Below, piece after piece: positions 1-12,667 of a DNA stretch of 64,000 bases. Source of the stretch: Phoronis australis. Its lineage: Eukaryota > Animalia > Phoronida. Position numbers and translations under genes: made by a program. The notes below the pieces were generated by a model. That model was not told the DNA's origin and ran no database searches. It worked only from the letters and a program-made list of their open reading frames with translations. Location of the stretch: NCBI GenBank assembly GCA_002633005.1, contig NMRA01000040.1:742395-806394 (forward strand), in the 5' to 3' direction. The stretch's first letter is position 1, and each line of letters starts with the position of its first letter.

Positions 1-200
1 AAGAGTAAGCGTTTTACCCACTGACCTTTAAGTTAACTCGCATTTTTGTTGTTATGATTAAGCACACATTAACTCCATTTTTATGAGACAGTAATCTGCA
101 AATGTTGGCATGGTGAGCGTTTAAAATACACTGTCCTGGGCCCTTATGATTGATGTTTTGTGGAGAAACCTGTTTACTAAATGTCTTTTTCATCTTTTAG

Positions 201-2684
201 ATATGAAATACTCTACAAGCAGGCTGTCGGCACTGAAGACATCTTCTTGGGGATGGGTAACAAAAATATGTCAACATCAAGTTGCGAAGATATGATTGTA
301 AGTGTTCGTCTGCCAAAAAGTCGTATGGTGTTGAAATTATTTTGGATTTTAAGGTCATTGTTTATAGGCCATTTTGAAGCCTTTTAATTTCCGATGATTT
401 TAGCAGTTTTGAACGTTAATTTCTGTCTAGTGCATATGTTAATGTGCATGAACTTTTGCACACTGATATTTTGGTCAATGACCAAGAGAACGGTTTCTCA
501 GATTTTTGATTTTCCTTTAAACAATGAAGACATTTTGGGTTATGCAAAATGGGATGTTGTTTTGAAAAAGAAGTTTGATGGCTGATATCTGTTAACTTAG
601 GGTAAATCAAAAATCTGAGACAGATTTCTGCTCTTAAGAATATATAATTTAATTACTAATTTGTTAACAGTTTAGGGTTTTTAGAAACTCTTGTTCTAAG
701 CAAAAATTGAGATTGTTCTTACAAAATGGTTGTAACGTGATTATAACAACATTTTAACATTACCATTTAGTGAAAATATATACTTTCATAAACTAAAGTG
801 AACAATTTCAGCACGAAAAGACTACACGATTGTTCTCAATAGTTATTAAATGGTTTGTATGTTGGTAAAATGCAGTGTTCTTTCAGGTATTATTGAAATT
901 TTTAAAAGTCCACGAAACATCTCTTTTGACGAATCCCCAACCACCTGCGTAAAGAGGAAGTCCAAAAATGTCAACTTCCCCTCCCTGTAGGTGTCACCGA
1001 CATCTTAAGAAAGTTTTAAGTGTAAAAAGTTGGTTGTTAACCCTTTTGCACCACACATTTTGTACTCTGTCTAAAATTGCCAATTCCTTACATTTATTAA
1101 AAACTTCTGTGTATGCATTGATGGTGATGAATTTTATGTTTCAATAAATTGTTTGTTTTTACATTTCAGATAAAAATAAAATTGCCAGATACAAAGTCTT
1201 CAGAACTAGACTTAAATGTGAAACAAAGGTTTCTGGACTGTCGGACTCCCAAGTTGTAAGTATTCTCCTGCAGTGTGATGAAAATAAAAAAATTACTAAC
1301 AAAATTTTGCTAAAAATTCTAAATTCTTCATATTGTGAAGTGTTTGTAGACAGATAAGCCATAGAGTGAAGTTGGAAAAAACAAATGAATTCAGGACTAA
1401 TTAAAATATTAGTTTTTCTTTGGGTCATCCGGGAGTTCCAGTTGTATTTGTTCCAGTAATGTCCGCATTTAAATTTAGGCATTACTGTAACACTCCACAA
1501 GCTGTGTGGTCTTGCAGTAGTGATCTTACTTGTGTTCCCAAATAATATTTCCATGACCATCTTTTATAGCTGTCATATTGTGGACATGGTTGGAGGTGTA
1601 AACCTAGGGTATAAAAACATTCCAAGATGGGCCATCAAAAGCTGATAGGCCAGTGCCAAATTTTCTCCCTAGACGAGCAGGAGACAGTTAATATGCCTCT
1701 CAGATGTCCGATTCGGTTACTACTGTCCACTCCTCTGTTGTGTTGCTTTGGTCTAAAGGAAATACGTTCCAACAACTTCGAATGAAAAAATCACTCAACT
1801 ACAAGAGAAGTTTACGTTTACTTCAGGAGTGAAATTTACCTTGAAGTTCCCAGCACACACATACTTCAATGTACCACTCCGCGTGATTGGGTTAGTGGAT
1901 GAAAAGAATCGAAACAATGTCCACATTTGCCGGATTTATTCCTAATTTAATTACTTTGAATCTCTGTTTAATATGTCACATTGATTTTTAGTTGTTTTAA
2001 TGCTTGTTGAACTATTAAAAAGTTTAGTACATGTACAAACTGAAACATAGCACACTGTATTTGTGCGCGAAAGCATTCATGTTAAAAATCTCACCTGAGG
2101 CCAATTTGTTGTGTCTACAACTTGAAGCCAGCAGACAGAAATTCATAGCCTTCTTGGCAACAAACTAAAAGCCAAAGTAAAAATGGCAACTTCTGGCTAT
2201 ACTCTTTGAGAAACAGCATGTGCGCACCCAGGGGGGGGGGGTACCGGGGGCTCAAACGAACCCCCCATTTGGTGAAGTGGGTGAAAAGGCCCGCCTCAAA
2301 AACTCCGAAAAAAGTATGAAACGAAACAGAAGTCCACTAAAAAGACAGGAATTTGATGAATGCACAATTCGTAACTTTGAAGGTACCTTGTGAATCTTTA
2401 TCAGTAAAAGATCCACATTCTCAAAAATTCAAGTCCCCCATTTTTAGGCTGGGTGCGCGCATGAACAGGCCTGTATAATTTTCTTGTATTCACTTTTTGT
2501 ACTCACAAAACACTTACAACGAAGTAGACCGATCATCTATACGTTGTTCTTTTTCAGTAAACTAGGACTACATCTTCCCCATCCTGTAGACCATAAAAAT
2601 GGAAAGGCAAAATTTGATGTGGACACGCATACGCTCACAGTAACATGTCGCATGACAAGGGAATACGACTTTATGAACTTCTGA
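201..2684 (+). CDS. DNAAF6: PIH1 domain-containing protein 3 / dynein axonemal assembly factor 6 (Twister), last three exons; 5' part lies before the window
   Basis: Exons 201-297 (YEILYKQAVGTEDIFLGMGNKNMSTSSCEDMI), 1170-1255 (IKIKLPDTKSSELDLNVKQRFLDCRTPK) and 2558-2684 (FKLGLHLPHPVDHKNGKAKFDVDTHTLTVTCRMTREYDFMNF*). All boundaries are AG/GT and phases agree. The peptide matches the PIH1D3 C-terminal CS-like region as I recall it. AATAAA at 3313-3318. Confidence 0.9.
2217..2463. mobile_element. Non-autonomous DNA transposon (MITE), family A
   Basis: Terminal inverted repeats CATGTGCGCACCCAG...CTGGGTGCGCGCATG and a 5-bp target duplication AACAG (2212-2216 / 2464-2468). A homologous copy lies at 60114-60367. 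Confidence 0.85.
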
Positions 2685-3599
2685 ACTACAGCACTGCAGG
2701 CTGTTCAATGCAACTGATACACCGGAAGTAGCATACTGTGGTCAAGAAATCTTGTCTGGAGATGCATCCTGAACTGGTGCTCGTTGTAGTTTTTGCACAT
2801 CTCTTGAAAGATAGCAGAAATTAAGTGTTGCCGGATAGGTGCGGTAGTACGAGATTAGGTCAACTGATCACACATAGGATGAGAAATGAACTATCAATGT
2901 GGAAGGCTTAGATTCCTCATCACAAAAGGATGTAAAACTTGCTTACTGAGTCGTACTTACCAACAAGTTTGTTATGACTGTCATTATCATTTTGTGGTTT
3001 TGTTGGCTGGTTAACATCGGTGGTTATTTGAAAATGTTATGGCTGTGACTAAAGTCTGCTTGCTTTTCACTTCACGTTGTTAGTTGGTATTTGGTTACTG
3101 CATGTGCAGTACAGTCCATAAATATTTCGTCCTACTGGTAACAACATGGTAATGCACGGATTTCTGAACTACACTGTATTCTAATATTGACCAAATTTCG
3201 TGAAACTGAACTACTTTTTAAAAGTCAAATACTTTATTTATTATGTATCTAATGTTCCAACATTCCAATGATAGGTGGTACATTTCAGTATTATGATTTT
3301 TGATTTATTACAAATAAAGAGCATTGCTAACTTATTCAACGAGCAATTATTTTTATTATTTTTTCTGCGTTTAAGCCTCTTGCATAAAGCCAATATGTAC
3401 CATAAGTTTGCTTAATTAAGTGCATAAAGTTGCAAAACACTCATTGCCAATGATTTTTCAACATCAAAAACACTAACTGTTAAATTATAGACCACTCACC
3501 ACTGTCCAAGTGGTCGCTAATTTTCCCTTGCCAAGGTTGTGGGCTTTGAAAAGAATCAACAGTATGGATGCAATATTGCTTTCTGACTTGACTTGTACC

Positions 3600-4125
3600 C
3601 CTGGACACCTTGAAATGCATACGGCCTCCATGACTGCTCGTCATCTGGTCCAGTTGGTAGCCTTTGTTCATTCCACGACATGCCAATAGAGAGGTGTTCA
3701 GATGTTGCAGTTCTTCTCCAATTTTGCATAGGACTGCCTTGCTACCGTCTCCCTTGGGGTTCCATTTAAGGGCAAATTTAATGATAATATTTGCATTGGG
3801 CTGTCTCCATGGCTTCCTGTCTGGCTCTGCTCCACAGTTTCATTTGTTACTGTGCCAGATCTTTCGATTCGCAGGATTTGACGAAGACATCCGGTATTTG
3901 TTGATGATGGATTTAGTAAGTTGCCATGTCTCTGACCGTAAAGCAGGACGGACACGACATCTGAGTTGAAGATTTTGAGTTTAGTTTTCATGGAATATGT
4001 TTTGGACTTCCAGACAGGTTTCAGCATAGCCTGTGCTAGATGGGCCTCCTTACTACACGCCTTGATGTCTTTCTCTGTTCCGTCCTTAGTGCTGACTATA
4101 CTACCCAGATAGGTGAATATTGCAC
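3600..4125 (-). mobile_element. Degenerate non-LTR retrotransposon (RTE-like) fragment, C-terminal part of the RT ORF
   Basis: Translation FTYLGSIVSTKDGTEKDIKA...VWKSKTYSMKTKLKIFNSDVVSVLLYG...CLRQILRI is the typical post-RT thumb region of RTE-clade LINEs. It is frameshifted downstream. Confidence 0.8.
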
Positions 4126-4477
4126 TGTACTGAATGAAAAATAAAGTGTTATGTGCCCCAAAAGCAACATGGCTGGATCCATGCCCGAACTCTAGATGGC
4201 GCTTGTGTTGCATAATACCAGATGTTTTGTGGTTCTAAGTTCCCATCAAGAAATGTCACATCTCATTAAGCAGGAATAAAACCAGAAATTATCTTTTCAA
4301 ATGAATGCACTGAGATAATTTATAATTTAGAATGACATTTTTTGCATATAATTTGTTAGAATAAATAAAAAGTCCTGAAATGACATGAGAAATTTTACAT
4401 CCACATCCTCGAACACCCATTTCTTTCACAAAAAGACAAATTCTGTACAAAACCCCACCCAAATATATCACGTAATA

Positions 4478-7400
4478 TCATAATGTTCCACTCTGCGGAG
4501 CAACAGCACCATTCGCAGTCTCTTTCTCATTTCCACCAACACTGCTGCTCTGTAGAGTTTCAGCAGCACCGTTAAGGGGTTCAGTTCCAGCTACTGCCTC
4601 AGTCTGAGTTTTGGACAACTGCTCCTGTTGTTTGGTAAACTCTTCCACCATAGCTTCTTGTCGCTTGGCCTGTTGTACCATGAAGGTCCTCATGATTTTC
4701 TGATTGATGTTCAGCGCCTTGTTGGAACATGCTTCAATGCATTGCAACTGAAAGAAACAACTACTACGTGTTTATTGGGTTATGACAGCAGCGTTATTAA
4801 CACTGCATTCAGCCAAATGTTTTACAAAACTATTTATTTTATAAATAATTTAATCCTGCTAGTAAAAGTATATGTGAAGGAAGACAGTATGCACAATTCA
4901 ATTTTGCACTAAATGCAAATCTGTTTTTGAGTGGATCACATTACCATGCCTTTTTAATGAAATGTGGCAAAAAACAAAGATACATTTAGAGCAGGACATG
5001 GTATCAAGTACACAAATAAATTACATCATTTTCTAGAAAATTATTTTATTTTTGGCAGCTTTTTACTTCTTCACAAACACAATAAATCCCAATTTTCAAT
5101 AGTACCTTACGCAAAAGTGAGGGAATCTAGGTTCACTATTAAAGAGGAGGCAGTGTGGCCCTGTGGAATAAGTCCGCTTCCTTTACTCAAGATTGTGGGT
5201 TTGAGTCCCACTGGGGCTCAGTGTTAAACCCTTGAGTCAGATCTCTAGCTCCTTAGCTCAGTTTTAACTATATATTTATGAAGCATCAATGGTGACCAGC
5301 GCACGTCTGTTGAAACTTGTACCAGACTGCCTGCAATTACTTTTTTGCTGTTGGAACGTGATTTGGCAAAATAAAAAATGGGGATGCAAGAAGACAAAAT
5401 TTGATGCTTCATTAATACCATTTTCACATCCTTGAAAACGTGACATACAACAAACAGCTTTAATATTGCCAGGAGTCCTTAATGGAAACATCAGGACACT
5501 TTCTTAAAAGGTGTTTTGGAAACTGCACATGGAAGACAAGAGAAAATATGAGACGGATGCCTTGTACATCTTTACACATCTGTTGTTTTCATATGGAAAA
5601 ATATCAAAAGATTTCTTTGTTTTTTTTTGGGAAAGAGATCAAGAAAAGCATACATTGAATATGGCGAACATAGCGACCAACTTCATACTACCTCGTTATC
5701 TGTCAAATCTCTGTAGTTGAAGTTGGACGCACATCTAACAAAGCAATGTTCCGTCATCTTGTTATACTGTAGCAGGAAATCCTTGAACTACAAGCAAAGA
5801 AAAACATTGAAAAACACAGAAAGAAGAAAACAAAAAGCAACAGGTTATGCCAGAAACAAAACGCCAGCATTTTAACATAGCAGTAAACAGCTTTGCGCAG
5901 ACGTGGGTAAAAAAGAGATCAAATACAATCTGGCAAAAATTAGTGTCATTCAAAAATACAATCTTCCTTGAGTTATTTATCGGTGTTGGTAAAATGATGG
6001 CGCAATCTTTTGCATTGGCTTTCAGCAGTTCACCGCCATGAAATATTATGTTACCTAGTATTGGCCAGTTTCTTTTCTCCTTGATTCCTCTAGCAACGGT
6101 TCTTCTCTTCCACAAGGTTATGTGCATGTCACAACAAATTGTCGCAACTGGTTTCATTTAGTTACAAGTTTTTGGTATTTTAAAACCAGCAAACTGAATT
6201 TCAGAACAAAATTTCCTGCTGCAAAGGTGTCATCCCCTGAGAGGTGCCGCAAAATTTTAGGAAATGACATGTGTGCCTGTCACCAGCGTACTATTTTCTA
6301 AATGATGACAGACTTGTCTTAATTACAAGAGGGGGGGAATTAGGCAAGAAAATGACATTTATTAGAATATTAGATTGCTTTCACTTAAATTAAATGACCG
6401 TGCTGCAAGCAAGGACAAGGACAAGATGAGTGTCGGTTGACAACCAGATTTTGTATGCACCACCACTGGTCAAAAGGTCTACATGTTGTCTATATAAGTT
6501 TCACGACGAGATGACAAACACATCTACCCAGGCTTTGTGAAATTTCAGGGTATAACGCCACGGAGCTCAAGTCTAGACACAGTAGGTCAGTGCCAGTGGT
6601 ACCTAGGCTAGCTGAATTTTGAGGAGTCTTCAAACAGCGTCAGTGACAGTGGCTGGTTGAAAACTGAGACAGACCCTGGGCAGAGGCACAGTCGTCTTCA
6701 GCATTTAATAGTCCCCAATACATTACAGATAGTGTATTGGGCCATGGCATTGGGGACGATCAGAAGCTAAGGACGCCCGTGGCCGGCGTGGGCAGAGCAG
6801 CCAGAGCAAGAGGCACGTTTAGTAGTAATAATCTTTATTTAAAAGTCGGTGATCCTTAACAATGAAACATTAGCACAAGTGCTATTATCCGACAGATTTA
6901 AAATCTACAAAATGAACAGAACTAAAATACTAGCTAATTCTACAGTACGGAGAATATACAGAACTTAAACATAAATGTAAGTACAAAAGCACACATACAT
7001 GTTACGAAGCGTGTAGGCATCCATAGCAGTCTTCACAAGAGCAGATCTCAGAGAAAAAGTCATGAGCAAGAGTGATAAATTCATTTAAGGTAGTACATTG
7101 TCTCATTACTGATGGCAATGAGTTCCATAGCAAAGTACCTTTATGGGAGATTGAGTTACATCCGTAAGTCATCGTATTAAAGCGTTTCACATAGAGACAG
7201 TTTTCACCTCTGAGACCGTATCCAGACTCTCTAAATTCAAGCTTTCCTGACAAAGGACAGGGTCCAATAATATGAACATTTTTNNNNNNNNNNNNNNNNN
7301 NNNNNNNNNNNNNNNNNNNNNNNNNNNNNNNNNNNNNNNNNNNNNNNNNNNNNNNNNNNNNNNNNNNNNNNNNNNNNNNNNNNNNNNNNNNNNNNNNNNN

Positions 7401-8205
7401 NNNNNNNNNNNNNNNNNNNNNNNNNNNNNNNNNNNNNNNNNNNNNNNNNNNNNNNNNNNNNNNNNNNNNNTTTTTTTCCTGGAGTAATTGTTATTTTATG
7501 AAAATTCGAAATCGCAAAATTGTACGTAGTGACTTCTCTTTGTCGGCTGTGTTGACTTTAAGGTCAATATCTTCGCACAGGAACGTCTAATCGAAATGGT
7601 TTTTTTGGCAAATTATTCATCATAAAAAGTTCTTTAAAATGATGTATTACATGTCTATTTACGTTTCTTAGTTTTGAAATAATAATATTTTGAACTCGCA
7701 GATTCGATTTGACAGAATTTTTACCAAAAATTTTGACACGAAAATGACATTTTCTCCGGAACCATAAGTCCAATTTAAAAAATTTTACTATCGTTATTTT
7801 AGTCTCGAAAAGAGCTTTCTAATGATGTATATTACATGCACATTTTCTAAAATTTTTGAAAAATGCTGTCCTCCCTACTGTGGTGGTACCTGTACCGGCT
7901 AGGCTAGCTGAATTTTGACGAGTCTTCATACAGCGTCAGTGGCAGTGGCTGGCTGAAAACTGAGACAGACACTGGGCAGAGGCACAGTCGTCTTCAGCAT
8001 TTAATAGTCCCCAATACATTACATATAGTGTATTGGGCCATGGCATTGGGGACGATCAGAAGCTGAGGACGCCCGTGGCCGTGGGCAGAGCAACGTTTCA
8101 AGTCATCAAGTGATTTAAAAAAAAATTAAAGGGTTAAATTAAAGAAATTAAAACGATAATCACGAGACTTACATTGCGCACACCTTCTTTATCAGTGGCG
8201 TCCAT
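4478..8205 (-). CDS. TIMM10B: Mitochondrial intermembrane-space small TIM chaperone Tim10B/Tim9b (FXC1-like), 132 aa
   Basis: Exons 8173-8205 ([11 protein letters not shown]), 5692-5787 ([32 protein letters not shown]) and 4478-4747 ([22 protein letters not shown]...). All are phase 0 with GT-AG boundaries. It has twin CX3C motifs (CFVRC, CIEAC) 15 aa apart and the RNFKDFLLxYN signature of Tim9/Tim10B. Confidence 0.88.
5144..5308 (+). mobile_element. tRNA-derived SINE
   Basis: Pol III A-box-like TGGCCCTGTGG and B-box-like GGTTTGAGTCC, followed by a body shared with the inverted copy at 11267-11460 (both give the ORF tail YIVKT(E/K)LRS). Confidence 0.7.
6820..7283 (-). mobile_element. 3' end of a CR1/L2-group LINE
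   Basis: ORF tail [36 protein letters not shown] (YG..S...G..LWNSLP motif), then a 3' UTR ending AATAAAGATTATTACTACTA. Truncated by the gap. Confidence 0.75.
7284..7470. other. Assembly gap
   Basis: Run of N. Confidence 1.
7471..7882. mobile_element. Probable DNA-transposon end
   Basis: Ends in cctactgtg (CACAGTAGG on the minus strand) exactly where the duplicated block resumes. It has internal repeats of aatgatgta..ttacatg. The other end is lost in the gap. Confidence 0.4.
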
Positions 8206-8601
8206 ATTAATTCAAACTTGCTTGCCTCGAACAAGAACAAAAATTCACGGGATAACCATTTTCACGCTTCTTTCATAGTAGAAAAATTGCCAGCGCACAT
8301 TCCCAGATGAAAACATGTTACGAATTTATCGAAAATATGAAATATTTTGCTTAACATATAAAATTGCTATTTTTAAAAGTGATCCAAGGTGATTTCTTAA
8401 CTTATCCATCCATACTTTGTGAAATTTAGTCATCTTATTATAATTTGATTCGACTTTAACAAATCATGTGAACAAAACCGGAAACGGTGACGTCAACATC
8501 CAACAAAAATCTATTTCTAATGTTGTAGAGGAGCCCTGAAAATTTTCTTCTCAAAATTACCTTCACTCTCGGGCTTCAGGGCTTAGCTGTTTGACGTAAG
8601 T
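8206..8601. promoter_or_regulatory. Putative bidirectional promoter for TIMM10B and arfaptin, with a probable non-coding arfaptin first exon
   Basis: ETS core CCGGAA (8478-8483) lies next to a perfect CRE TGACGTCA (8488-8495). There is a plus-strand donor GTAAGT at 8596-8601, and the TIMM10B ATG is at 8205 on the minus strand. Confidence 0.55.
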
Positions 8602-11266
8602 ATAGTTCGGCTTTAAAAGACACACGCCAAGCGATTTAGTTTCTAATCATGGATGAATACAGTGACTTGTCGGCCAGTGAGTTCTGACCAGCAGACAGTC
8701 ATTGAAAATGTTGATTGGAAAGATAAAGACTAAAAGAGGTCAATGTTTTCGTCACGTGGTAATGGTTGCAGTTTGTTTTGAAATTCAGTGTCTTAGTTTC
8801 AACTTCTATCTTGTTTATTCTTGCCATGGACCTTTTTATTTTGATATTCTAAAATATGAAAATAGGATTTATGTGTAATGTTCACCCCTGATCCCGAGCT
8901 AGGCACCAATATTGGCAATTGGTTCCTCTGCTAATCCTAGTCACAAGTTATAGGATATGGAGCAACAACAATAACACTGCTTACATGGCTAAGCACTCAC
9001 TTCTTATGAACGTGGCTCATGGTCATGGCTCATGGGCCTTTAGACTAAGTTTACTGGGTTGTAAACGTGGCTCAACACTCACAAAAAGTGGCTTAGAGTT
9101 AGACGCAAAGGCCAAAGCACGACTCCTGTATCACAAACATGGTTCATGGACTGCAAACGTGGCCCATGAAAAAATGTTAACTTTATTGGTCTTCACAGTG
9201 CTACCTGGAGGCAGAATGATAAATGTTTACAAAGACTGGTTACCGACATGTTCACGAATGCGCAAGTTTTGTTGCTTGGATAGTCTAGGTCGGTCGTATT
9301 CTCAACTCGGCACTCGGTGTTTGGCATAACGCCAAGTTGCATTTGACTATATGGTAAAAATTCCAAGTCACCAAAAGAAATCTGTAGTTGCCGAAACAGA
9401 AATTTCCAGATCACCAAATTAAATCTGAGGTTGCCGATCCGTCATTAAAATCGTCGAATGAAAATTGTCGTTTAGCCGTGTTGTGCCCCATTCTCATACG
9501 TACCTCTCCACATTTCCAGTTTCTCCTCGCAAATGTACTTTCATTCTCTAACTCAATTCCTCTCGCCTATGAACCAACATAGAACGCAGATGATTGCATA
9601 CACTGGTGGCGCGTATTTCACCGATCTTGTCCCTTTTTTGCCGAACAATTCCGACTAATGTCTGTTTACTTCCTGTTGTAATATAAGCTGGTGTTTGATA
9701 TGTGCTGACTGCTGTGATGGCAAATGCACTGATTTAAAAAAAAATGAATGGAACAATTCTAAATGAAAGGTAATTAATCTGGGAAAACTGTTAGTAAAGT
9801 TTGGAAGTCAACACGAACTTTGAAATGAATTTAGAGTGAATTATTGCGTGACTTTGACACTCGCAGTGATGACTTTGTGGCCACTTGAGATTTTTCCCGT
9901 TTCGCCAAATACAATCTGAGGTCACATTGGCGACTGTCAACTCGAGCCGTGCAACTACTTTACTGTACTGTACAGTATTGCCACTGGTTTGGCAATTCGA
10001 TCACTCCGTCCATCACATAGGAGTGATGATCCTACTTAAAATTTGATGATTGGAAAAGTAAAATATGCTGTCCAATTTATTAGGAAAGAATTACCTTTCA
10101 ATAATTTGGATGTAATTAGCGATGACGTGTCATGGCATGAGATGACGAAATTTGGATCTGGAAAATAGACATGACTGGGTCCAAAACGTCATAATGACGT
10201 CAAAATGATGTCATGCTAAACATTCCTATAGATTGATTACAAATAGCCTAACTACCATTACTTACCTTTCAGTGTTTCATCATGAACAAATTATGTAGGT
10301 CAGCTGGCATAAACTGACCTTTCTTCGAAAGTGGTCAGTTGCCTGTCATTCAAATTTGTGGCAGCGCTGACAAAAAGATGTTAAACTGCAAAACAGATAC
10401 TGAAGTACACTGCTGAGTGCTGTTGAGGATTATTACAATTTTTTCTTTTTATGAATTAAAATACTTTAATCCTCTAATTTCAATTTCTTCAAGGTTTCTG
10501 GCATTGCTGCTAATGATCAAAATGGGTGACAGCTGTTCTGGTGGTCAGAACCACGTACTACTCTCAAAACTCTCTCTTGTTATTGTTTAACGAAATTTTT
10601 ATTACTCCAACTGAAAGAGTGCGCAATGATGCTTTTCACATAAGGAAAAACAATTGATGGTTACTTTCTCAGTTTCAAAGAAAGCAAATATTAACTATTG
10701 AGTTTTACCTGTAAGACTCATGCATGGTTTCTGCTCTGCTGTTTTTTTGAGGCTCATCGTTTTTAGTCTTGTACCGACAGTGATGTCATACTGTATCTCA
10801 AGGTCTTAGTGCTTCGAGTTTGGGGACACGTATTAGCTCTATTCTGCGACGAAAAATATTTAAGAATAACGTGAAATTTCACTCATCAGGCCCAAAAGTT
10901 CCCCTCCTATGATTGAAAAAACTTAGTCTCGCAAAACGTGAATTTTGTCGACTTGAGGCATTGCTGTAGAGGAGTGGTGACCAAGGTGTGAAGTTGGTGG
11001 TGAACAAGGTGGAAATCTTCCCTCAACCTAACAATCCTTTCAAATGGCACAAGGTCCTTTGCCTTCGGGTGAGCCAGGACCCTGTTTTCAGTATGTAATT
11101 AATGCATCAGAGAAGAGAAAGATAATTATTAGCAACTTATCAGTCTTTGAGCATTGTCTCATCGTGATATTGATAGTTAACTATATTGTGCAAGTCTAGA
11201 AGGTTGTACGCAATACAGATTGTTATAAAATGTAATAATTGCAGGTGGTCTGGTATATATATATAC

Positions 11267-11460
11267 CAGACGTGCGTGCGCCATACCTGTGAACCCTTTG
11301 CACTGATCACCTGGAACCAATTTTGTGCTTTATTAATATATATAGTTAAAACGAAGCTGAGGAGCTAGAGACCTGACTCAAGGGCCTAGCAGTGTGCCTT
11401 AGTCCCACAACCTTGAGTAGTGGAAGCGGACTCTTTATTAACCCACTACCACACTGCCTC
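11267..11460 (-). mobile_element. tRNA-derived SINE (same family as 5144-5308)
   Basis: The reverse complement aligns with the 5144-5308 copy (GAGGCAGTGTGG head, ccttgagtcagRtctctagctcct body). Confidence 0.7.
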
Positions 11461-12667
11461 GGCCATCCAATTGGTTAAATATAGACATGATATTTATGAA
11501 ATTCAAATTCATCATGCCAGCTTCGTTTAAGGATGACCTATACACTGTTATGTTGCAAAATCGTGAATTAATATCCATAAACTGAAATTAAAGGTTCATA
11601 TTCTCTCCATTCGAAACCCATTTCATCTGAACTATTGTTATTGATTATTTTGTTCATGCCTGATGGCCTGACTATACTGTTCAATAAATATGACCTACTT
11701 ATTGCCTTCTCTGATTGTTAAGGTTTGAATTCATGTGATTCAGTTTGCAGTGTTTTGGAGTACTGATTTGATAACATACTGCAAATGTGTCACATTAGTT
11801 TATGACCTATTAGTCTGACTATAGTAACAGCCAAAAGTATTCAGACAAAATGACCTGGAAATCCCCGTCACGACGGATGGGTTGAAGCTGAATTAATCAT
11901 CAGAATAGTCTTCCATGAAGGAAATTAACAGGAAACTTAGTAAAGGTGGCTAAGTCATTCTGTGATTAAAATTTTACTGCTCTAATAGTTATTCAGTACT
12001 GACTGTATTTTTGCTGTGAACAGAGTTTGCTGTATTGATAGAGACATGGTGTTTTGCCTGTTTACTTTTGTCTTGTACTGAAGGTTTGTGATTCTTGTTC
12101 AAAATGTAATCGGCTACAATTACATAAATGACAAGATATAGTCAATTAATAATTACGCTCTGAAGTGTCAACTAAGTGTATTGACATGAAGTCCTATTTT
12201 CCTAAATGACTGGTCATCACATTGTGTGTGGGCATTGATAACTGATAAATCATTGAACATTGCTTTCAGTAGGATTGCTGCAGTGATCGTTCATATTTAC
12301 AAATCTTTATTCTGTTCATATCCACTTATATAACCCCTGCCAGAAAATATCAATGAGACGAAGGACGTTTGAGTTCTGAGTTATAATTTTGAACCTTGGT
12401 AACACAACTGCGTTTATTGTTTTGTCTCTTTAAAAACATTTTCAAATTTATAAATAGACAAATGAATTAGTGTAGCGTAGTTGGAATGTAACCATAACGT
12501 TGATAAACAAAACCTTTTGTTAAGGTCCATTAAAATGCCTTTTTGTGTGAAACCCACATTTCTCCTGTCTCTAAACTGTAGACCCTTATATCTCCTTCAT
12601 GTCAACATCAATTTCAATTCACGTGACTACGTAATCTTAATATTGTTATTTTTAAGACGAGCCAGAC

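Larger units (their letters stand above)
6596..8092. repeat. About 205-bp near-identical direct repeats (6596-6799 and 7883-8092) flanking an N gap
   Basis: ctaggctagctgaattttga...gggcagagca occurs twice with few substitutions, one copy on each side of gap 7284-7470. Probably allelic redundancy. Confidence 0.85.

Noticed and set aside
8919-9582. ORFs of 136, 74 and 64 aa upstream of the arfaptin coding exons
   Set aside because: They show no recognisable domain or splice-consistent exon and are probably repeat-derived intron sequence.
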